DNA from: an uncultured Pseudobdellovibrionaceae bacterium
Lineage (GTDB): Bacteria; Bdellovibrionota; Bdellovibrionia; Bdellovibrionales; UBA1609
Assembly: GCA_963803705.1 (NCBI GenBank)
Contig: CAWDNU010000003.1
Location: forward strand, 333,485-397,484
Reading direction: 5' to 3'
DNA length: 64,000 nt
The translations under genes were made by a program, and so were the position numbers. This document shows, one piece after another, positions 48,615-58,511 of the stretch; position 1 is the first letter of the stretch; every line of letters begins with the position of its first letter. The notes under the pieces are model-generated. The model was given only the letters and a program-made list of their open reading frames with translations, was not told where the DNA came from and ran no database searches.

Positions 48615-49583
48615 ATGGTTTTATACTTTGGACTTGGCTTGTTCTTTGTCTTCGTAGCCACTTCGATTAGCTACGTTTACGCCTATAGAGGTCATGAAAG
48701 GTTTGCTAGTTTTGACGAGTATGTGCGAAAAGGCTGGCCAATTTTTACCCCTCTGAATTGCATTCTATATATTTTTACTCAAAGTCGGGCTAAAAAAGCC
48801 ATTATTTCTGTTGAAGATTTCCCCGAACTTAAAGTGATCCAAGACCAGTGGAAGCTTATTTCCGAAGAGGCTCAAGGTTTACTTGAAAAAGGATATTTTG
48901 ATCACACAAAAAACCCGGAAAACAATGCTTATTATGATATTGGCTTCAGAACTTTCTATAAATACGGTTGGAGCAAGTTTTATTTAAAGTGGTACGGGTA
49001 CACACATAATTCTGCACTTGAACATTGCCCTAAAACCGTCGAAGTTTTAAAATCAGTTAAAAGTGTAAATGGTGCAATGTTTTCTTATTTGCCAGTGGGC
49101 TCACAGCTAACAAGGCATTTAGACCCAGTTGCATGCTCGCTTAGATACCATTTAGGTTTAAAAACTCCAGAATCGGATAGCTGTTTTATAAACGTGGATG
49201 GGCAAAATTATTCTTGGCGAGACGGTGAAGGCTTTATTTTTGACGAAACCTATCTACATTTTGCAAAGAACAACTCTGAAAAGCCAAGGCTTATACTTAT
49301 GTGCGACGTCGAGCGACCAATGTTTCTAATTGGACCGCTGATAAATTTGATCTATAAGGTCGCCATGAGAATGTCGATTGTTCCTAATACAGCTGAAGAC
49401 AAACGGGGCATCGCAAATAAAGTTTTTTCAAATTTGGCGCCATTTCTTAAATATACAAAAAGTTTAAAGCAAACTAGTCCAAGGTCTTATAAGCTAATTA
49501 AACACTCAGTAAATTTTATATTACTTTTAGTCCTAGTTGGTTTGATCTCGTTAATCTTATACGGTTTGAGCCACTTAATATAG
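48615..49583 (+). CDS. Aspartyl/asparaginyl beta-hydroxylase family (LpxO-like lipid A hydroxylase)
   Basis: N- and C-terminal TMs; DIGF.TF.K.GW..FYLKWY, H.DP..CSLRYHLGL, FDETY.H, RLILMCDVERP. Confidence 0.85.
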   Translation: MVLYFGLGLFFVFVATSISYVYAYRGHERFASFDEYVRKGWPIFTPLNCILYIFTQSRAKKAIISVEDFPELKVIQDQWKLISEEAQGLLEKGYFDHTKNPENNAYYDIGFRTFYKYGWSKFYLKWYGYTHNSALEHCPKTVEVLKSVKSVNGAMFSYLPVGSQLTRHLDPVACSLRYHLGLKTPESDSCFINVDGQNYSWRDGEGFIFDETYLHFAKNNSEKPRLILMCDVERPMFLIGPLINLIYKVAMRMSIVPNTAEDKRGIANKVFSNLAPFLKYTKSLKQTSPRSYKLIKHSVNFILLLVLVGLISLILYGLSHLI

Positions 49584-49799
49584 ATTCACTTAGATATAGT
49601 GTCAGACTGAATATAAGCCGTTACAAATTAAAATTCTTAGCTTTGTGTAACATAAGAAAAATTATAAGAAACTATTGATTATTCTCCTCCTGGGCTGACT
49701 TCATTCAGTTAGAATCTCTCCTAACGGCTAAATCTCTGTCCAAAGATAGTAAATGCATGGCGATATGTGTAAAATTATAGTCAGTAGAATTCGATATGG

Positions 49800-51131
49800 G
49801 TGGCTATGCATTTAAAATCATGTATGCGCTTAGTGGCGCTATGCTTTTTGTACTTAATTGCTTCTGGAGCTAATGCCCAAGGCTGCAAAAATGTTTCGGA
49901 AATAATATGGTCAGACGAGCTGTTATATTACTATTTTAAAACACCGGGCATAAAAGTTATCCCATTTCCAAGCAGCCTTTGTGACTTTAAAAGCCAAATT
50001 ATTTTCAAAAACATCAAAGGCAAAACTGTCGGAAAGTTTGAAATCAACACTAGGGAAAGACATCGGTACGATGATCTAAGAGCAAACTCAAAAAGAACTC
50101 CTGAGATTGTTAAGCGTTACCACAATTCATTAATTAAAGAGATCAAACCCACTGTCCTTGCCGATATAATATTTAAAGCATTAGGTTTTAATTTTTTGGA
50201 TGACTTCAATAATAAAATCCAATTTGTCAGTGGGCGGTTTACCGGTAATCGTAGAAAATTAACTTGGAACCCCTACTCTATGCCTAAAAAACACTGGAAC
50301 GCAGTAAATATTACTTATAAACAGCTAATACAGTTCTACGCTAAACCTAACGTGAAATTTATGTATCTGGAAGATGATGAGTCCTACTTGTTTCCTAAGG
50401 TACAAAAAGTGGATCATAACCTTTCAAATATTCTGAAATTTGAAATTCCTGACTATATGTTTCTTAATTTTATGACTAAATCAAGATCAGATGAGGAAGT
50501 CGTTTTGTTTTCTAGCCATAAGAATGCTATTCGAGCTTATAATTACTTGACCCTTTTGTCTTTTAAAAACAAAAGAAAAGTCTTTTGGTTCTCTGATGCG
50601 GATTCAAAGTGGATAAAGTTTAAATTCAAAAACCAAGCTGATCGATTTAAAGACATAGAAATAATTTCTGGTAAAGCAGTCATTGACCTTATAAATTCTG
50701 AAAAGAAATTTGAAATTGTGGATATAGGTCGTAAGGACTACTTCAAACAGTTAAACTTCAAAAAGACAAGACCAACATCTATTTTAGACCCAGAACCGGC
50801 TAGTTACAAAAGGTATATTATAGAAACTAGAGGTAAAAAGAGTTTCTACAGTTTACCGCTTAGGCGGCAGCAATTTGGCGATTATATTCTTGTAGATCTT
50901 TATAAAATTGAAAAGTCCGTTCCTATTATCCTTGTGGGCAATCACATGTTGGACGCTGACAAAACACTACGTATTCACAAGCTAATTCGCCGTGAAGGTC
51001 ACACTAAAATTTACATCTTAATGGAGCGGGTTGATCAAGTAAAACAACAATTGATCGATAACGATATGGATCCAACCAAATACTTTAATGAAAGTAAGCC
51101 TACGCATTTAACCGTTCCAAACTTCAGGTAA
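49800..51131 (+). CDS. Exported hypothetical protein, possible degenerate rhodanese-like folds
   Basis: Signal-like N-terminus; IVDIGRK..F, PIILVG, GHTKIYIL resemble rhodanese elements without a catalytic Cys. Confidence 0.5.
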   Translation: MAMHLKSCMRLVALCFLYLIASGANAQGCKNVSEIIWSDELLYYYFKTPGIKVIPFPSSLCDFKSQIIFKNIKGKTVGKFEINTRERHRYDDLRANSKRTPEIVKRYHNSLIKEIKPTVLADIIFKALGFNFLDDFNNKIQFVSGRFTGNRRKLTWNPYSMPKKHWNAVNITYKQLIQFYAKPNVKFMYLEDDESYLFPKVQKVDHNLSNILKFEIPDYMFLNFMTKSRSDEEVVLFSSHKNAIRAYNYLTLLSFKNKRKVFWFSDADSKWIKFKFKNQADRFKDIEIISGKAVIDLINSEKKFEIVDIGRKDYFKQLNFKKTRPTSILDPEPASYKRYIIETRGKKSFYSLPLRRQQFGDYILVDLYKIEKSVPIILVGNHMLDADKTLRIHKLIRREGHTKIYILMERVDQVKQQLIDNDMDPTKYFNESKPTHLTVPNFR

Positions 51132-51214
51132 ATAATTACGGACACCAGAGACTATTTTCTGAAGCCTGGGTCATATTGGAGGTTTTACGTTGAACTAGTA
51201 GCTACAACGCAATA

Positions 51215-51739
51215 CTAATATATTAATAATGATTCTGATTTAAACTGTAGTTTAGAGCTTCCTTTCAAAAAACCAAGTTCAATGAAAAACAAGCTAGTGA
51301 TATTTTCAAGTTTAAATTTAAGGCATAATGACTCTACAGCTGAAGCTGTGCCGCCAGTTGCAAGAACATCATCAATGATAACAACACGATCACTGGCCTC
51401 TAAACTTGATTGATGGATAAAAAGTTCGTCTTCACCATACTCCAGGGAATATTTCTGAGAAAAAGTTTGTCTAGGTAATTTGCCCTTCTTTCTAACCAGA
51501 CAGAACGGAATTTTTGTTTGAACGGATATAGCTGCCGCCAAAACAAATCCCCTAGACTCGACAGCTACCAGTTTTGTTGTGTTACCGGGAATTCTTGCGG
51601 ACATTAAATCTATTAATTTCTTAAATGCTCTACCATCTTCAAACACCGGAGTAATGTCCTTAAAACTGACACCTGCCTTTGGAAAATCTTCTACGTTCAA
51701 GACTAATGTTTTAATATCTTCAATGTTTAAAAGTCCCAC
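51215..51739 (-). CDS. apt: Adenine phosphoribosyltransferase
   Basis: DFPK.GV.FKDITP, ESRGF, RKKGKLP, YSLEYG, IIDDVLATGGT. Confidence 0.95.
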   Translation of the reverse strand: MGLLNIEDIKTLVLNVEDFPKAGVSFKDITPVFEDGRAFKKLIDLMSARIPGNTTKLVAVESRGFVLAAAISVQTKIPFCLVRKKGKLPRQTFSQKYSLEYGEDELFIHQSSLEASDRVVIIDDVLATGGTASAVESLCLKFKLENITSLFFIELGFLKGSSKLQFKSESLLIY

Positions 51740-52110
51740 TGTTGATATCCCCTACTGGTAACTTTATTCAGATCAGTTTTTTTTATTAAAAACATATTCG
51801 CCAGACCAGTGAATGCTCCACAAGCTTGAATTCTCATTAGACCATCATACTGTTTTTTACTTTCAAAAACATCTACGCCCATTTTATCAAAATCCTTTTG
51901 CATTTTTGTAAGCTCCACACCCTTATTTACACCGCACTGTTTGGATTGATCATACTTATAAACCCATACTCTATCAGTGATCTTTTTGTTTTTATCTAAT
52001 GGGTCTGGACAGTGCCCATGTGTACAAGCATTAAGAGAAAGCAAAGATAAGAGGATAATAATTACTTTGGATCTAAGATTACAAAAAAAATTAAAACCAG
52101 TCACACTCAC
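51727..52110 (-). CDS. Small lipoprotein of unknown function
   Basis: LNAC lipobox; VYKYD.S.QC, DG.MRIQACG..TG. Confidence 0.7.
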   Translation of the reverse strand: MSVTGFNFFCNLRSKVIIILLSLLSLNACTHGHCPDPLDKNKKITDRVWVYKYDQSKQCGVNKGVELTKMQKDFDKMGVDVFESKKQYDGLMRIQACGAFTGLANMFLIKKTDLNKVTSRGYQQWDF

Positions 52111-53222
52111 GGAGTTTCCAGATCAGCATTTCTCAATTTAAGAACATATACATTGCCATAATTTGAATTGAAATAAACCTCGGCCTTCTTAGGATTCCAC
52201 ACAGGTGAGTCAGAGACGCCGGCTGAAGTCACATATTTTATTTTTTTTGAAGTTTTTAAGTTTAGAATTTCAATCCCACCATTAGATAGGCCATAAAGCA
52301 GATTGTTTTCGTTGATCTTTTCGATTTGTCCAGCAGTTCCCTTTATTTTGAAAGACTCAGTTTGGGCGCCGGTAGATGGCAAAATGCATTTAATAAAATT
52401 GCCGGAAGTACCAAAACATATATTCTTATCTTTCGAGTGCACGAAATTGGTGACAACAGAAAACTTTCTTTTCCATTTAAGAGCCCCACTCATAGCTTCT
52501 AAGCTATAGATATTGTCGTCGTATCCCGCTACAAGTAACTTATCTGTATCGTACAATGTCACGGCTTCAATATCCCTAAACCTTGTATTGAAGTTTACGC
52601 GACGAATCCATCTGACCTTGCCATTGGATTTTTCAAGAGCCACGACTTCGCCGGTTGAAAGACCAGATATAATTAGCTTGCCTAAAGACACAAAGTTTCC
52701 AACCGAGCCCACAGAAATTTTTCTTTGGTTTTTCCTGATATAATTCCAGACCATGTCCCCAGATGAAGCCTCTAGTGAGATAATTTCAGAATTCTTAGTA
52801 TAAAGATAAATTCGTCCGTTTTCATAAAATAGACTTTGCGTCGATGGATAAGTTACTGATTTCTTCCATAAGACTTGGCCTGTATCTGCAGTTACAGAAT
52901 AAGCATAGCCATCGTAGCCAGTAAAAAACAAATAATTCGAAACGATAAGTAGAGGGCTTGAGACCCCGCCATCAATCTTAAGGCTCCAATTTTTTGTTCC
53001 CCACCTTTTGTTAAAGGTGCGAACTCCGTCTATCCCATTTGCAGTGATAATCAACGAGCGATGGTAAATCGGCGAAATGGGTAAGCTTAAATGTTCGCCG
53101 CTGTAGCTTTCAGGCTCGGCGCTTCTTACCCAAATTCTGTTTAATTCTGGATCTTTCGGGGCGTGCCCACAAGAAGAAAGAATTATATTAATAGATAAAT
53201 AAAGGATAAGCTTTTTGATAAT
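52107..53222 (-). CDS. BamB-like PQQ beta-propeller lipoprotein; probable ATT start at 53222
   Basis: Frame extends upstream of TTG 53054 through IIKKLILYLSINIILSSC (lipobox); propeller repeats; follows YfgM-like gene. Confidence 0.75.
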   Translation of the reverse strand: MIKKLILYLSINIILSSCGHAPKDPELNRIWVRSAEPESYSGEHLSLPISPIYHRSLIITANGIDGVRTFNKRWGTKNWSLKIDGGVSSPLLIVSNYLFFTGYDGYAYSVTADTGQVLWKKSVTYPSTQSLFYENGRIYLYTKNSEIISLEASSGDMVWNYIRKNQRKISVGSVGNFVSLGKLIISGLSTGEVVALEKSNGKVRWIRRVNFNTRFRDIEAVTLYDTDKLLVAGYDDNIYSLEAMSGALKWKRKFSVVTNFVHSKDKNICFGTSGNFIKCILPSTGAQTESFKIKGTAGQIEKINENNLLYGLSNGGIEILNLKTSKKIKYVTSAGVSDSPVWNPKKAEVYFNSNYGNVYVLKLRNADLETP

Positions 53223-53995
53223 TATTGATCCCTATTCTTTTTAAAAGTTAACCATCTTATGATTTTTTTGGATTCTTCTACAGTTTTACGTTCGTCGGGA
53301 TGCTCTCGTTGGATTGTTTTTAGGTTTTCAATGGCCTCTTGAACTTTATCTGTTTCGATCAATGCTAAACTCATTTGAAACCTGGCTTCAGGATGAAGGA
53401 ATTTCCAATTCGAAGTTGCTAAAATAGATTTGTACAATGTGATGGCCTTTTCCATATCCCCTGTCTGAACGCTTGAAGATGCTTTAGATAAAGACGCTAA
53501 ACCATCTAAGCTATTAGACTTTTTTAAATTTAATGAAAGCAAAGTTTCATTGGCTTCCTTAAACTTGTCTACAGAGAATAAATAACTTGCCCACTTTAAA
53601 GCCAGATTTCTTGAGGCGCCGTGACTGGGATTAGCATTAAGAAAAGCCTTCACTTCACTGTCTACGTCGTTGAAAGCTATAGAGTCAGTCTCTGGTGTCT
53701 TTTTAGTTTGAACGTCATTGCTTGTGTCGGTTTCAGCTATGGTAAATTTATCAATTTTTTGCTCGATTTTGTAGGCTGAGTCAAATTTTTTGAAAGCCAT
53801 TTTCTTAGAATAAAGACTGAAGCTAAAATATGCGGCACACCCAATTAGTAATCCAACAAAACCAAAAATAAACATCATGGAGTTTTTCTCAATAAATTCT
53901 GAAATTTTATCGATCTTTTGGTCTAGGGTTTCGTCCGGGATATTAGGCGTAGATGAATCTGAGTTTTTTATTTTGGTGGTCGTCATTTTAGACAT
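53222..53995 (-). CDS. YfgM-like membrane-anchored TPR protein
   Basis: Single N-terminal TM after FIEKN; TPR helices; upstream of BamB-like gene. Confidence 0.75.
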   Translation of the reverse strand: MSKMTTTKIKNSDSSTPNIPDETLDQKIDKISEFIEKNSMMFIFGFVGLLIGCAAYFSFSLYSKKMAFKKFDSAYKIEQKIDKFTIAETDTSNDVQTKKTPETDSIAFNDVDSEVKAFLNANPSHGASRNLALKWASYLFSVDKFKEANETLLSLNLKKSNSLDGLASLSKASSSVQTGDMEKAITLYKSILATSNWKFLHPEARFQMSLALIETDKVQEAIENLKTIQREHPDERKTVEESKKIIRWLTFKKNRDQ

Positions 53996-54078
53996 ACTTA
54001 TCCTTTAATATAAAAATGTAATTCAAGTTCTAGAATTTTAACAAACAATAAGCTTAGCTAAGTTCGCGTGCATTAAAA

Positions 54079-55197
54079 TTAACCTTTACGAGCCATCATT
54101 TCTTTTAGTGTAGAAAAATGTCTATTGTTGGGTCCTTGAAACCTATGTTTGAGGGCTCCGATAGTTTGAATTCTATCTACTGCAAGCTTTGTAGCGGCAG
54201 CTGTAGTAGAAATTTGTTCTTTTTTAGCAATAGCAAATACATTCATCATATTATCATAAACCGCCTCGACTTTTTCAAAAGCCCTGTCCTTAGAATAGCC
54301 TTCCAATTCCACATAGACATTCATAAGTCCACCAGCATTGGCTACAAAGTCAGGCGCATACAAAATATCTTTCTGGGTGAGTTGCTCGCCGTGATTCGAA
54401 TTTGCTAAAATGTTATTGGCACCACCGGAGACTATATCGCACTTTAAATTGTTAATTGTACTATCATTTATCACGGCTCCTAAAGCACAAGGTGCGAAAA
54501 CGTCACACTTAGTGGTTACTATAGCCTGTGGATCCATATTTTCAACTTTGTAGGTTTCACAGATTGATTTTACCTTAGCTTGATCGATATCAGCTACGGT
54601 AACTTGGGCCTTTGCTTCTACTAAATATTTTACTAGGTTTCTACCGACATTACCTAGGCCTTGAACAGCTACGTGAACGCCTTCTAAAGAGTCTTTATTC
54701 ATCTTATGTTTTACTGAAGCTTTAATAGACATTAAAACCCCGTAAGCTGTATAGGGGCTGGGATCACCGGATCCACCTAATGCTTCTGGAATACCAGTAA
54801 CATATGGAGTTTCAGAAAAAACATACTCCATGTCTTTGACCGTGGTTCCAACGTCTTCTGCTGTGATATAGGATCCTCCGAGAGAATTAACAAAGGCACC
54901 AAAAGCCCTAAACAAACCCTCGCTCTTATCTTTTTTAGGATCACCGATTATTACAGCCTTACCACCACCAAGGTTTAAGCCTGCTGCAGAGGCCTTATAA
55001 GTCATACCAGCAGAAAGTCTAAGAACATCAACTAACGCATCTTGATCGCTTTCGTAGGGCCACATGCGAGTTCCGCCCAAGGCTGGACCTAAGGTTGTAT
55101 TATGAATAGCGATAATAGCTTTTAAACCAACATCTTTATTTGTACAAAAAACGACTTTTTCATGGTTACCGTTAGCTTCAATCAATTCAAATGACAT
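54079..55197 (-). CDS. Leucine dehydrogenase (Glu/Leu/Phe/Val family); start reassigned to ATG 55197
   Basis: GPALGGTRM, MTYK, GGGKAVI, TAEDVGT, SGDPS, QGLGNVG, GGANN, PDFVANAGG. Confidence 0.93.
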   Translation of the reverse strand: MSFELIEANGNHEKVVFCTNKDVGLKAIIAIHNTTLGPALGGTRMWPYESDQDALVDVLRLSAGMTYKASAAGLNLGGGKAVIIGDPKKDKSEGLFRAFGAFVNSLGGSYITAEDVGTTVKDMEYVFSETPYVTGIPEALGGSGDPSPYTAYGVLMSIKASVKHKMNKDSLEGVHVAVQGLGNVGRNLVKYLVEAKAQVTVADIDQAKVKSICETYKVENMDPQAIVTTKCDVFAPCALGAVINDSTINNLKCDIVSGGANNILANSNHGEQLTQKDILYAPDFVANAGGLMNVYVELEGYSKDRAFEKVEAVYDNMMNVFAIAKKEQISTTAAATKLAVDRIQTIGALKHRFQGPNNRHFSTLKEMMARKG

Positions 55198-55354
55198 ATT
55201 TATATCCCCCACATTCAAAACAATAATTTGTACGTAAACTCCAAAAGATGCAAGAAGCGACCTCTCTGTAGGTCTAAAATTTATCTGATAAGTAATTAAT
55301 TTGACATACAAATGTCGTTTAAGCTCAAAAATAAAACAATATAGGCTTATAATT

Positions 55355-55382
55355 TAAAGATTAGCTAAAAGTGTACCGAAAA
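55355..55382 (+). promoter_or_regulatory. sigma28-type promoter
   Basis: TAAAG-N15-ACCGAAAA, ending 8 nt before ATG 55391. Confidence 0.5.
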
Positions 55383-55390
55383 GATACTAA

Positions 55391-57064
55391 ATGAGAGCAG
55401 CAAAATATCTAAATTTACTTTTTTTTTGTTTGGCAGCTTGTCTCATAACGGGACAAAAGGTTCAAGCTCTTAACAGCTGGCCCGTTGAAAGCTTATCTCT
55501 TATTAGAAATTCAAATTATGGGGTTGGCTGTACCCAGTGCACTCAGGGATTTAGTAAAGCTTATTGCTCTCAAGCGTGCTGTTATTCATGCCGAAGCGAG
55601 GCTGAAGATCAGGATTTGGACATTGCTGCCTCTTGTAATGCGGTTTGCAATTTGGATGAGCCCTCAAATGCCAGTGATTTAGATATGGTGGAAACCTGCA
55701 GAAACTCTAATTTTTCGGCGTCAGGTTGTGAAGGTCTGATGCCTTTTGTTGACGGTGGGAACCAAGAGCAAATCAATCGAGATTTTGAGCGCAGAGTACA
55801 ATCTTGCAATGAGGCTGTGGCCTACGTGAAAAGTTATTGTTCTCGGAACCACTTAAATTCAATTTATCCCGTAGGTTTATTTGAATTGGCGAAAGACATT
55901 ACAGAAAGTGAAACCTCTTGTGATTTACAAAGTGTGGATAAGTATAATTTGCGAGATCAAATATCTGATCCCAAAAAAAAAATTGCTTTATGTGAATCAA
56001 ATTATAATGATTGCAAAACATTTTGCTACGAACAAAACGCAGTTTTTAACTTAGATCCAAAATATAAACGAGGTGGTGTTAGTCGAGGAGCTCAAACAAA
56101 TATCGACGGTCACAAGAGCTATGAAAGCACTTGTAAGCCATCCTACGCTTCATTCCTAGAGCAAGTTAAAATTAGGCAAGAAGTAATTGGTGATGCTAAT
56201 TCCACAGTTCAACACTGTCAGTCTGAAGCCGAATTTGAAGACATGGCTTCAGACGAAGACCTTTTAAATGAAGAAGCTGCACCTAAAACAAAAGTGGATA
56301 ATACAAGAGCTGTAAATAATCCTGAAGTAGCTTTGAACAATGCCAATCAACTACTTTCTGCTATTCAACCTTTTCTTCCATCATCAAGTAATAGCGCTAG
56401 CACAAGATCTGAGGTCGCAAGAAATATCAGTCCGGCGGTTAGAGCATCTAGTTTATCTGATGAAGAAAAGTACGGACCTATTTACGAGGGCGGTAATACC
56501 GGAGATGCTGACGACTCAGACTTTATTTTAAGTGACAATCAGTTTGACCAACCAAGAAGCTTGCAGCAACCGGGTCCACAGCAAACAGGTAGAGCAAACG
56601 GAGGTCCCCAAGCCTTAGGTGGTGGTAATTTAGCTGGTGGAGGTCAAAGAGGAAGGGGCGCCTCAGCAGGAGGTCGCAGAGGACGAAAGTTGCAAAAAGA
56701 TAAGTCGCTTTTCGGTAAAAAAGCTGATTCCACTGCGAATAACTATGACCAATGGCAACAGCAAGCAACAGGGTCTTCTAAAGGCTTAAGTAAAAATGAA
56801 AAAAAAGCACAGAAGCCAATATTCAATGCTTCTAAATACCACAATCAAATTTTAGCATCTTACAAAAAAGGTATGAGCTCTCAACGTCAGAAAAGAGCCG
56901 AAAGGTTAGCTGCAGGTAGCGTTTCACCTAAGCCAGATCGAGAGTACACATCTTGGCATAACGAGCACCATATTCACCCTGACTTTATTTCCTTGTTCAT
57001 CCAGGCAAGAATTTGTCATTACACATTGTACTCGACTAATTTTTCAAGCAAGTGCGGCAAGTAA
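55391..57064 (+). CDS. Secreted Cys-rich protein with Gly/Arg-rich linker
   Basis: Signal peptide; many CxxxC; GGPQALGGGNLAGGG; C-terminal IHP..ISLF...RICH. Confidence 0.75.
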   Translation: MRAAKYLNLLFFCLAACLITGQKVQALNSWPVESLSLIRNSNYGVGCTQCTQGFSKAYCSQACCYSCRSEAEDQDLDIAASCNAVCNLDEPSNASDLDMVETCRNSNFSASGCEGLMPFVDGGNQEQINRDFERRVQSCNEAVAYVKSYCSRNHLNSIYPVGLFELAKDITESETSCDLQSVDKYNLRDQISDPKKKIALCESNYNDCKTFCYEQNAVFNLDPKYKRGGVSRGAQTNIDGHKSYESTCKPSYASFLEQVKIRQEVIGDANSTVQHCQSEAEFEDMASDEDLLNEEAAPKTKVDNTRAVNNPEVALNNANQLLSAIQPFLPSSSNSASTRSEVARNISPAVRASSLSDEEKYGPIYEGGNTGDADDSDFILSDNQFDQPRSLQQPGPQQTGRANGGPQALGGGNLAGGGQRGRGASAGGRRGRKLQKDKSLFGKKADSTANNYDQWQQQATGSSKGLSKNEKKAQKPIFNASKYHNQILASYKKGMSSQRQKRAERLAAGSVSPKPDREYTSWHNEHHIHPDFISLFIQARICHYTLYSTNFSSKCGK

Positions 57065-57709
57065 GGCATCATAAATATTGGCCATCGCAGCATCCACATT
57101 CTGCTTGAAGCTGTGTGGCGTTTGCTGATTGGCAAGATCAGTGACTGCTCTTAATTCTACAAATGGAATCTTGTTGAACTTGCAGGCTCGCGCTCCACCG
57201 GCACCTTCCCAAGCCACAACCAAAGCTTTAGTAGCTTTTCTAATCTCTTCAGCGCGAGTAAAATGGGTAATGTCCTCGTCGCCGCTAGCGATAATTCCGA
57301 GGTGTATATTGAAGTTTAAAAAATCATTGTGACTAATTTTTTTTATTAGTGTCTCGTCGCCAAAAAATTCTGGTGGTCTTCGCCTTAAAAACAAACTTTT
57401 ATAGTCATGTTCTACGGTCTTGGAACCGATTACTACATCGAACATGGAAACTTTAGATGTTAGCGCGCCTGACGAACCTACACAAAAAACACTACATAGG
57501 TCTGGCAAATAACTAATAAGATGCTGTGTCTGGACAGCAAACTGAGCCTTACCCTGCCCTCCAACTGCAAACACTATGCTTAGCTCTCTTATCAGCCAGG
57601 CATCTAACGCCCCCACCTGACACTTTGTAATCACATAGCCAAGCTGTTTAGCTTTTTGAATAAGCGCTTTTAGCTCGATTTTTAAAGGGCAAATGGCTAA
57701 GTGTTTCAT
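57044..57709 (-). CDS. 5'-methylthioadenosine/SAH nucleosidase family protein
   Basis: GG.GK, VGSSGAL, EHD, G.IASGD, WEGAG, ELRAVTDLAN. Confidence 0.85.
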   Translation of the reverse strand: MKHLAICPLKIELKALIQKAKQLGYVITKCQVGALDAWLIRELSIVFAVGGQGKAQFAVQTQHLISYLPDLCSVFCVGSSGALTSKVSMFDVVIGSKTVEHDYKSLFLRRRPPEFFGDETLIKKISHNDFLNFNIHLGIIASGDEDITHFTRAEEIRKATKALVVAWEGAGGARACKFNKIPFVELRAVTDLANQQTPHSFKQNVDAAMANIYDALLAALA

Positions 57710-57713
57710 AGGC

Positions 57714-58205
57714 TTATGACCAAACCACATAAACTAATATAAAAATAAAGAATAAGAGGTTTAGACTTAAAGCAGTTTTAAGCAAGGTATTGGTCCGGTT
57801 TATTCTGCAATTAGATAATTTGATTTGGTCCAGCTCTGTCCTCATTTCGAAAGATGCAGATCTTTGAAAACTAAGCCGATCTTCAATTTTTTTGTAAACT
57901 TGGTCCACTTTATTCTCTTTTTCGTAGGACAAAGATCGAACTAGGGGGTGAGCTTCGGGGTACTTTTCCATTATAGCTAAGCACCATTGCAAGGACCTAT
58001 AGATATAAGCTGGCGCCCTACCCGACTTGGACTTAGTCCATCTTGTCCAGGAGGATGGATCAACTAAAAGCAATTTACAAATCTTTCGTCTACTTAAACC
58101 AAGATTAGTTCTTATACTTTCAAGGTCGCCAATTTCCTTTATTATCTGTTCCACTTCAACTTGGTACGGCCCAATGGCCTTGCTCTTTTCGATATTCTCC
58201 ATCAA
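57714..58205 (-). CDS. XRE-like HTH protein with C-terminal transmembrane anchor
   Basis: IR..LGLSRRKICKLLLVDPSSWTRW HTH; hydrophobic C-terminus. Confidence 0.7.
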   Translation of the reverse strand: MMENIEKSKAIGPYQVEVEQIIKEIGDLESIRTNLGLSRRKICKLLLVDPSSWTRWTKSKSGRAPAYIYRSLQWCLAIMEKYPEAHPLVRSLSYEKENKVDQVYKKIEDRLSFQRSASFEMRTELDQIKLSNCRINRTNTLLKTALSLNLLFFIFILVYVVWS

Positions 58206-58215
58206 CGCCCCAGCT

Positions 58216-58258
58216 TAATATAGTTATATTCAATAATAAATTGAATATAACCATATTA
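58216..58258. promoter_or_regulatory. 19-bp inverted repeat (18/19) upstream of HTH gene, operator candidate
   Basis: taatatagttatattcaat-aataa-attgaatataaccatatta. Confidence 0.55.
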
Positions 58259-58372
58259 TTAGTTGATTATAACAACTTTGAAAAGTCTAGTTTAGGTACT
58301 ACTTTATAAGTATCTAATTTTGTTCAATTTTATTGGATATGCACCCACATACATACCGATACCCCAAATCAC

Positions 58373-58398
58373 CTATAGCTTATAGTTATAAGCTATAG
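58373..58398. repeat. Perfect 12-bp palindrome with 2-nt spacer
   Basis: ctatagcttata-gt-tataagctatag. Confidence 0.6.
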
Positions 58399-58511
58399 TA
58401 CTAAGTATTTGATTTAACAGTGTAAAATTTTATAATTTAAGCTATTTAGTCTTATTAGGCCTTTTGGCCAGTCAAATTTAAGTGAAATCAAATTCACTCG
58501 GATGAACTTAT

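Noticed and set aside
49600..49730. Scattered complementary blocks (gtcag/ctgac, actgaat/attcagt, agccgtta/taacggct)
   Set aside because: Order is not nested and blocks are short; consistent with chance
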